A stretch of DNA of 34,816 nucleotides from an uncultured Clostridia bacterium (GTDB taxonomy: Bacteria; Bacillota; Clostridia; TANB77; CAG-508), in contig CALXJL010000001.1 of NCBI GenBank assembly GCA_944388615.1, forward strand, positions 1 through 34,816. The letters are read 5' to 3'. Position numbers and translations under genes: made by a program. Under the pieces are notes generated by a model that ran no database searches, was not told where the DNA came from, and saw only the letters and a program-made list of their open reading frames with translations. Shown here in pieces: positions 28,808 to 34,816 of the stretch (position 1 is the first letter of the stretch; every line of letters starts with the position of its first letter).

Positions 28808-29623
28808 TTATTGTTGTATAACTAAAACTGTTTCTAATTTATTAAAGTCCACTGCAGTTTCAACTATTGCATATCTATCTACTAAATTTTTTGTATTTAC
28901 TACTTGTTTTATTGTTCCTACTAATATTCCTTTAGGATATATACCACCAAGTCCTGAGGTTTCTACATTATCACCCTGTACCAAGTTTACATCTGTTGAT
29001 ATATATGTTGCTCTTAATTCTTTATCACTTTCTAAAGTTCCTTTTACTACTATTGGATCTTTTGATGTACTAATGGTACTACTAACAGTACTTGATGGAT
29101 CTACAATTGTTTGTACTTTCGCTGTATTATTAGTTACAGAAATAACATGTCCTACTAATCCTTTATCTGAAATTACTGTCATATCTTTTCCTACTCCATC
29201 ATCGCTTCCAACATTTATAATAATATTATCACTATAATTGCTTATATCTTTATTAATTACATATCCTGGAACTGTTGTAAATTCTGTATACTTATCTTTT
29301 AAATTTGCATATTCTTTTAATGTTTCATTTTCTGCTTTAATTATTTCTAATTCTCTTACTTGTTGTTGTAAGTCACTATTAGCCTGTTTTAAGCTTTCAT
29401 TTTCTGCTTTTAATGTATCTAAATCAGAAAAAAAAGAACTATTTCCTGTAACTCTATTTTTTATGTTAATAAACGCATTTTGAATAGGCATTACTATTGC
29501 ATTACATGCCTTCTCTATAAATGAAGCTTCTCCATTGTTAGTATTGGAAATCATTACTATAACAATCAATATAATAATAGTTATTATAATTCCTACTATT
29601 CCATTTTTTTTATTTTTTCGCAT
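28808..29623 (-). CDS. mreC: Rod shape-determining protein MreC
   Basis: N-terminal TM, coiled coil (LDTLKAENESLKQANSDLQQQVRELEIIKAENETLKE), then a beta-rich domain with GLVGHV... and SGLGGIYPKGILVG motifs. Confidence 0.9.
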   Translation of the reverse strand: MRKNKKNGIVGIIITIIILIVIVMISNTNNGEASFIEKACNAIVMPIQNAFINIKNRVTGNSSFFSDLDTLKAENESLKQANSDLQQQVRELEIIKAENETLKEYANLKDKYTEFTTVPGYVINKDISNYSDNIIINVGSDDGVGKDMTVISDKGLVGHVISVTNNTAKVQTIVDPSSTVSSTISTSKDPIVVKGTLESDKELRATYISTDVNLVQGDNVETSGLGGIYPKGILVGTIKQVVNTKNLVDRYAIVETAVDFNKLETVLVIQQ

Positions 29624-29652
29624 AATAATTTATTTCCTTTCCTTTGATTATT

Positions 29653-30690
29653 TTATCTTCTTTTTCGTGCATCAATTAATACCTTCTTTAGATTTCCTAA
29701 ATCCTGTACTGTTTTTTGTGCACCTCTTGCAACACATGACATTGGATCATCTGCAATATATACAGGCATATCTGTTCTATATGATATCAATTTATCCAAG
29801 TTTTTTATTAATGCTCCTCCTCCTGATAGGATAATTCCTTTTATCGATATGTCTGCTGCAAGCTCTGGTGGAGTTCTTTCCAATGTAGTTTTTACTATAT
29901 CTGTTATACTATTTATTGAATCTTGCATTGCTACCATAATTTGAGAAGATTTTATTTCTACTGTTTTCGGATATCCAGTTTTTATATCTCTTCCTCTTAC
30001 CTCCATTGTAAGATCAGTTAATAAAGGTGTTGCACAACCTATTTCTTTTTTTATCTGTTCAGCAGTTGTTAATCCAATAACTAGACTCATATTCTTTTTT
30101 ACATAATCTACTATATTCTTGTCCAATTCATCTCCAGCAATTCTAATAGAATTGCTTATAACAATTCCACCTAAAGATACTACAGCAACTTCTGTTGTTC
30201 CTCCTCCTATATCTACTATTATATTACCTGTAGGTTCTGCTACTTCTAAATTTGCTCCTATTGCAGCTGCCATTGGTTCTTCAATTAGATATACCTCTTT
30301 AGCACCAGCTTGTAATACTGCTTCTTCTACTGCTCTTTCTTCTACTTCCGTTATTCCCGTAGGAACTCCTACTACTACCCTAGGTCTTATTATATTATAT
30401 TCTTTGCATATTTTACTTATTATATTTTTTAATAATATTTGAGTTGCTGTAAAATCTGCTATAACTCCATGTTGCATTGGTCTTATTGCTTTTATGCCTG
30501 TAGGAGTTCTTCCTAGCATTTCTTTTGCTTCTTTTCCTATTGCTAATACTTCACCACTTTTTTCTTTAATTGCAACAACAGATGGTTCTTTTAATACTAT
30601 TCCTTTGTTACTTAGTGTAACTATTATATTTGATGTTCCTAAATCTATACCTATATCTTTTGTTCCTACTGTAAACAATTTAAACTTCAC
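29653..30690 (-). CDS. mreB: Rod shape-determining actin homologue MreB
   Basis: DIGIDLGTSNIIV phosphate-1 motif, VDIGGGTTEVAV, and LSGGGALIKNLDKLIS. 345 aa. GTG start 4 nt after GGGAGGAAAA. Confidence 0.95.
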   Translation of the reverse strand: MKFKLFTVGTKDIGIDLGTSNIIVTLSNKGIVLKEPSVVAIKEKSGEVLAIGKEAKEMLGRTPTGIKAIRPMQHGVIADFTATQILLKNIISKICKEYNIIRPRVVVGVPTGITEVEERAVEEAVLQAGAKEVYLIEEPMAAAIGANLEVAEPTGNIIVDIGGGTTEVAVVSLGGIVISNSIRIAGDELDKNIVDYVKKNMSLVIGLTTAEQIKKEIGCATPLLTDLTMEVRGRDIKTGYPKTVEIKSSQIMVAMQDSINSITDIVKTTLERTPPELAADISIKGIILSGGGALIKNLDKLISYRTDMPVYIADDPMSCVARGAQKTVQDLGNLKKVLIDARKRR

Positions 30691-30714
30691 TTTTCCTCCC
30701 TCTCTTACACTTAC

Positions 30715-31413
30715 TTAACTTTGCAAAAATATTTTTCTAAATATACTAGTAAAATTACCATCTCCAATAACAATATGATCTAATAATTGTATTCCTAAGA
30801 TTTTTGTTATTTCTATTATATTTTTAGTAGTTAATATATCTTCATTACTTGGTGTTGAATCACCACTTGGATGATTATGTATAAGTATAATTTTAGGTGC
30901 TCCTAAATTTATTGCTTCTTTTAGAATGTCTTTTATATCTATACAAGCTTTATTTACTCCTCCTATACTTATATTTTTCATTTTTATTATTATATTTTTC
31001 GAGTTTAATAAAACTAATTTAATTATCTCCCTTTTTTCAAATCTTAATTCCTCCATTAATATTTCAGCTATATCCTCTGGAGTTCTTATTACTATTGTAT
31101 TATTTATTGGAATTGACATTCTTTTAGCTAATTCACATACTGCTTTTAATTGTATTGCTTTTACTTTTCCAATTCCTTTTATACTAGTTAATTCACGGAT
31201 TGTTATATCTTGTAGAAATTTCAAATTTTGTTCTTTACTATCCATACCTTGTGATAATATCTCTTGTGCTATTTGAACTGAAGTTTTTTCCTTTGTACCA
31301 CTTTTTATTATAATTGCTAATAATTCCGAATTAGAAAGCTTTTCTGCTCCATACATTTCCATTTTTTCATATGGTCTTTCTGAAGCTGGAAGTTCTTTTA
31401 TTTTTATAGGCAT
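30715..31413 (-). CDS. radC: RadC-family JAB/MPN domain protein
   Basis: N-terminal RPYEKMEMYGAEKLSNSELLAIIIKSGT, HhH IKGIGKVKAIQL, and JAMM-like LIHNHPSGDSTPSNED. Canonical position upstream of mreB. Confidence 0.9.
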   Translation of the reverse strand: MPIKIKELPASERPYEKMEMYGAEKLSNSELLAIIIKSGTKEKTSVQIAQEILSQGMDSKEQNLKFLQDITIRELTSIKGIGKVKAIQLKAVCELAKRMSIPINNTIVIRTPEDIAEILMEELRFEKREIIKLVLLNSKNIIIKMKNISIGGVNKACIDIKDILKEAINLGAPKIILIHNHPSGDSTPSNEDILTTKNIIEITKILGIQLLDHIVIGDGNFTSIFRKIFLQS

Positions 31414-31439
31414 TTTTCTCCTTTCAAAACAACCCCCAA

Positions 31440-31697
31440 TTACACTTTTTTATATATAAATATAGCAAGTATCATACCTAATATACTTGATATATTAATT
31501 TTGAAAGATATTCCAAATGTTAATTTTATTACCTGTAAATCTAAAGGTACCGGCTGAGTTAATCCAAATGTTTGTCCATATGATAACCACCAAAGTGCAT
31601 CTATTTTTGATGTTAATTCTCCAATTAATCCTCCAATAACTAGTCCTGATAATAAAAATACCAATAGTATCCAAAAATTCTTTTCTTTTGTTGCCAT
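31440..31697 (-). CDS. DUF4321-like small membrane protein
   Basis: 85 aa with two hydrophobic helices (FWILLVFLLSGLVIGGLIGEL and ISSILGMILAIFIY). Size and position upstream of radC-mreB match the DUF4321 family common in Firmicutes. Assignment is from memory of the family, not a search. Confidence 0.65.
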   Translation of the reverse strand: MATKEKNFWILLVFLLSGLVIGGLIGELTSKIDALWWLSYGQTFGLTQPVPLDLQVIKLTFGISFKINISSILGMILAIFIYKKV

Positions 31698-31982
31698 GTT
31701 TCTCTCTCCTTATCTTACGGAACTTTGATTTTGTTTTGCTTTTACATTTTTTTGTATTATATATTTTTTTATAGTATTTTTCAATACAATATATAAAATT
31801 TTAATATTTATTTTATTTTCTCTTTTATTTTTAGTATTTATATGTTATATATTTTACTAACTTTAAGTTTTTTAAGTAAAATATTTTATATTTTCCATAT
31901 ATTGTTCGTTTCAATTTTGCATTATACATAGTATAATAATAATAAATATATTTGCTTAATAATAGAAGAGGTGGTTGAAATA

Positions 31983-32609
31983 ATGAAATTTGAAAAAGTT
32001 AGTGACACTAAAATAAGAGTAATTTTAACTCCTGAAGATTTAATAAAAGAACATATAGATTTTCATTCTTTTATGACTAATTCTGCAGAATCTCAAGATT
32101 TGTTTTTAAATATTCTAGATAAAGCAGAAAAAGAAATTGGTTTTATAACACAAGATTGTAAAATAAGAATAGAAACATTAGCTATGTCTGGAGGAGATTT
32201 TATATTTACTGTAACTAAACTTCTTCCTGATAATACATCAGATTTACATATAAGGAAAAAAGTTAAAGTTAGAAGAAAAAAAGTGTCTATGTCTTCAAAC
32301 AATTTAGTATATAAATTCGATTGTTTTGATGATTTTTGTGAATTTTCTAATTTTGTATCTAATAATACGATATATTCTAAATTAAAAATAGCTAAAAGTA
32401 TATTGTTATATTCATACAATAATTATTATTACCTAGTTTTTAAAAATTTAAATACTAATCTCTCTGATATTAGAAATTTCTTTTCTGGTATTAGTGAATT
32501 TTGTACATATGTTAATAATTCAGATGTGTTTATGTATAAATTACAGGAAAGAGGAAAAATAATTTTTAAAAATAATGCTATAACAAAATGTTTATATTAT
32601 TTTAATTAA
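31983..32609 (+). CDS. mecA: Adaptor protein MecA (ClpC adaptor family)
   Basis: MKFEKVSDTKIRVILTPEDLIKEHIDFHSF... matches the conserved MecA N-terminus (MKIE.i.d.ti.v.l..eDL). ~208 aa. The ATG at 31983 follows AGAGGTGG; the track start at 31971 is a GTG inside the SD. Confidence 0.75.
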   Translation: MKFEKVSDTKIRVILTPEDLIKEHIDFHSFMTNSAESQDLFLNILDKAEKEIGFITQDCKIRIETLAMSGGDFIFTVTKLLPDNTSDLHIRKKVKVRRKKVSMSSNNLVYKFDCFDDFCEFSNFVSNNTIYSKLKIAKSILLYSYNNYYYLVFKNLNTNLSDIRNFFSGISEFCTYVNNSDVFMYKLQERGKIIFKNNAITKCLYYFN

Positions 32610-32625
32610 TTTCGGAGGCAAGTCA

Positions 32626-33207
32626 ATGATTGGAAAATTGATTCAAAGAATAAGAAATGATAAAGGAATAACTCAAAAATGTCTTTCTCAAATTACTGAA
32701 CTAGATCAAGGTCATATTCGTCATTTAGAAAATAATAAGAGACATCCAAGTCAAAAATCTTTGTCAATTATTAGCAAAGCTCTAGATGTTCCTTATTTCC
32801 CACTACAATGTATGCTTAATACTGAACTAACTGAAGATCAGAAAAAATATAATGCTATAAATCATGTAGTATACGATAAACTTCCTATTTTTAATGATAT
32901 TCCCAGATTTATTTCTTATCCAAAAGAAATGTATTCATCAATGTTTGCCTTTAAAATTACTTCAGACGATATGTGTCCTAAATTTAATGTTGGAGATTAT
33001 GCTTTTGTTGAATTAAATTCACCGCTAGATCATAAGGATTTCGGATTGTTTAATATAAATGGAGATACTGTAATAAGACAGTTCATTATGCATAAACATG
33101 ATATTGTTTTAAGAGCTAATAAAGAAAACATACCTGATATTAAGCTTTCATATGATGATAATTTTGAAATTTTAGGTAAAATTATTGGAACTAAACATAT
33201 AGATTAA
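32626..33207 (+). CDS. XRE-family HTH repressor with a C-terminal S24 (LexA/CI-like) domain lacking the Ser/Lys dyad
   Basis: HTH: KGITQKCLSQITELDQGHIRHLENNKRHPS. The C-domain aligns by eye to lambda CI/LexA: FAFKITSDDMCPKFNVGDYAFV vs ..V.GxSM.P.i..GD...V, DTVIRQF vs ..t.KrL, and ILGKIIG vs vvGkVi. SD GGAGG. It starts 16 nt after mecA, so it is probably in an operon with it. Confidence 0.75.
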   Translation: MIGKLIQRIRNDKGITQKCLSQITELDQGHIRHLENNKRHPSQKSLSIISKALDVPYFPLQCMLNTELTEDQKKYNAINHVVYDKLPIFNDIPRFISYPKEMYSSMFAFKITSDDMCPKFNVGDYAFVELNSPLDHKDFGLFNINGDTVIRQFIMHKHDIVLRANKENIPDIKLSYDDNFEILGKIIGTKHID

Positions 33208-33240
33208 TTCATTAATTTTATTTTAATATTTGTTATTTAA

Positions 33241-33291
33241 AACTATTACAATTATATTACACATTTGAAATATAATTGTAATAGTTTTTTT
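33241..33291 (+). terminator. Rho-independent terminator after the mecA-repressor pair
   Basis: AACTATTACAATTATAT (33241-33257) pairs perfectly (17 bp) with ATATAATTGTAATAGTT (33270-33286), followed by a TTTTTTT run. Confidence 0.85.
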
Positions 33292-33302
33292 GTCAAAATG
33301 TA

Positions 33303-33331
33303 TTGAAAAAAAGATTATTTAATAATATAAT
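33303..33331 (+). promoter_or_regulatory. Sigma-A-type promoter for the CBM-like gene
   Basis: TTGAAA (33303-33308)-17 nt-TATAAT (33326-33331). The SD AAGGAG and the ATG at 33366 follow. Confidence 0.6.
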
Positions 33332-33365
33332 GACACTACAAAAGATAAAATAAGGAGTTGTCATT

Positions 33366-33851
33366 ATGGAATTAGTTAAAAATATATTCTTTAATACAGA
33401 TAAATTAGTTGGAAACACAAAAGTAAAAATATCATATACAGGAGCTCTATTCCAAGATGGATCAGAAGAAGTGTTTATGCATTATGGTTATGGTTTAAAC
33501 TGGGATAATGTATCTGATATAAAAATGGAAAAAACTGAATTAGGATTTCAAGCTGAAATAGATGTTATTGAAAGTGAAACTTTAAATTTCTGCTTTAAAA
33601 ATTCTAATAATAAGTGGGATAATAATGAAGGAAATAACTATATATTTCCAATAGAAAAGATAGATTTTATTTCTGAATCAGTTAATACAGATGGTTCAAA
33701 TTCAACAGCATTAATTGAGTCATCTCCAAAAAGACTTAGAAAATCTTATATTTGGAGTAAAAAGATTCGTATTGCTTTATATAAGATATTAATTGCTGTT
33801 CCTAGATTAGTATCTGGAAATTATAAAAGAAAAGTTACAAATAATGATTAA
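33366..33851 (+). CDS. Carbohydrate-binding-module-like protein (CBM25/CBM53 starch/glycogen-binding type) with basic/hydrophobic C-terminal tail
   Basis: VKISYTGALFQDGSEEVFMHYGYGLNWDNV...MEKTELGFQAEIDV...LNFCFKNSNNKWDNNEGNNYIF matches the pattern G.l......v.lH.G...W......M.....g.w...i.....l.F.F.d....WDNN.G.NY.f. There is no signal peptide. Tail: IRIALYKILIAVPRLV. Confidence 0.65.
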   Translation: MELVKNIFFNTDKLVGNTKVKISYTGALFQDGSEEVFMHYGYGLNWDNVSDIKMEKTELGFQAEIDVIESETLNFCFKNSNNKWDNNEGNNYIFPIEKIDFISESVNTDGSNSTALIESSPKRLRKSYIWSKKIRIALYKILIAVPRLVSGNYKRKVTNND

Positions 33852-33853
33852 AA

Positions 33854-33888
33854 AAACGAGGTATAAAAAATATTTTTATACCTCGTTT
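33854..33888. terminator. Bidirectional terminator between the CBM-like gene (+) and the SDR gene (-)
   Basis: AAACGAGGTATAAAA (33854-33868) pairs with TTTTATACCTCGTTT (33874-33888). A/T runs flank both sides. Confidence 0.8.
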
Positions 33889-33951
33889 AGTTTGTTCTCA
33901 AAAATTTTATTATTCGATAAATAAAGTTCACTTTGTTTTATCAGTATATAT

Positions 33952-34677
33952 TTAAATCACCCATCCTCCATTTGGTGAAATTATTTGACCAGTCATATAT
34001 TTATTTTCTATTAACCACATTACACAACTTGCAACCTCTTCAACTGTTCCTATTCTTCCCAATGGTATCTCTTTTTTTATTTCTTCAATTTCTTTTTCTG
34101 AAAAACACTTATTCATGTCTGTATCTATCATTCCAGGAGCTACCGAATTAACCCTTATATTAGATGGAGCTAATTCTTTTGCTAATGATTTTGTTAATGC
34201 ATCAATTCCAGCTTTAGTAACTGAGTAATGCGCTTCACAAGATGCCCCAACAATTCCCCATATTGATGAAATATTTATAATACAGCCATTATGATTTTTT
34301 ATCATTTTTTTAGTAATTTCTTGTGTTAAATAAAATACTGAATTCAAATTTGTATTAATCATTGTATTCCAATCTAAATCTGTAATCTCTGTAAAAAGTT
34401 TTATTTGATCTATTCCAGCATTATTTACTAATATTTCTACCTGACCAAATGTTTTGTTTGTATATTCTACTAAATTTATAACTTCTTCTCTTTTTGTTAA
34501 ATCAGCTTTAAATATATCTACAACAAAACCTTTATTAATTAATTCTTTTTTTAATTCTTCTGCCTTTATGTTAGATGTATTATAATGAATAATTACTTTG
34601 TGATTATTTTTGGCTAATTTTTCTACTATTGCCCTTCCAATTCCTTTTGCTCCTCCTGTTACTATTGCTACAGACAT
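33952..34677 (-). CDS. SDR-family oxidoreductase (FabG / 3-oxoacyl-ACP reductase-like; could be the YmfI-type EF-P modification reductase)
   Basis: TGGAKGIG Rossmann motif, NNAG, and the catalytic SS...YSVTK (YxxxK). The ATG at 34677 (MSVAIVTGG) follows AGGAGG. The track extension to 34728 adds a non-homologous hydrophobic leader. Confidence 0.85.
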   Translation of the reverse strand: MSVAIVTGGAKGIGRAIVEKLAKNNHKVIIHYNTSNIKAEELKKELINKGFVVDIFKADLTKREEVINLVEYTNKTFGQVEILVNNAGIDQIKLFTEITDLDWNTMINTNLNSVFYLTQEITKKMIKNHNGCIINISSIWGIVGASCEAHYSVTKAGIDALTKSLAKELAPSNIRVNSVAPGMIDTDMNKCFSEKEIEEIKKEIPLGRIGTVEEVASCVMWLIENKYMTGQIISPNGGWVI

Positions 34678-34742
34678 AATTAGTCCTCCTATTATAAAAA
34701 AATAAAGCCAAAAATTAAGATTACTCAAAATTAATGACCTTT

Positions 34743-34816
<74 letters not shown>

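Noticed and set aside
31848-31937. A 29-codon hydrophobic plus-strand ORF (MLYILLTLSFLSKIFYIFHILFVSILHYT) in the DUF4321-mecA intergenic region.
   Set aside because: It has no SD and AT-rich random-looking composition, and it overlaps the likely mecA promoter region. Nothing supports translation.
34678-34728. The 17-codon N-terminal extension of the SDR gene given by the ORF track (MSNLNFWLYFFIIGGLI...).
   Set aside because: The internal ATG at 34677 is preceded by AGGAGG and starts exactly at the conserved MSVAIVTGG Rossmann strand. The extension has no SD and no homology.

Overview
This is a low-GC Firmicute (Clostridia-like, spore-former gene set) chromosomal segment, transcribed almost entirely from the minus strand. 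The right half carries the conserved cell-shape/division block DUF4321-radC-mreB-mreC-mreD-PBP2-minC. It is followed on the plus strand by mecA, an XRE/S24-like repressor and a CBM-like protein, then a minus-strand SDR reductase and a tRNA-Thr(UGU) cut by the window edge. The left half carries an AI-2E permease, xth, a yabE-like G5/3D protein, tatD, acpS, two uncharacterised membrane-anchored proteins (one with WG repeats) and spoIIE. tatD and spoIIE each carry a single +1 frameshift, and both map to the same hexamer. The accessory content is three paralogous giant surface proteins. A 1688-aa + 1895-aa tandem operon (13.5-24.2 kb) sits exactly where minD/minE would be expected after minC. A 1081-aa vWA/FGE-like protein (2.0-5.3 kb) has a degenerate anchor and runs into xth. 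A small plus-strand operon of three tiny proteins (two below the ORF-track cutoff, Asn-rich) lies next to minC. I see no CRISPR array, transposase, integrase, recognisable defence genes or biosynthetic cluster. The best candidates for something undescribed are the adhesin operon with non-LPXTG sorting-like tails, the mecA-coupled catalytically dead S24 repressor, the Asn-rich micro-protein operon and the orphan membrane-protein pair. All are hypotheses from reading the sequence by eye. No database search was run.
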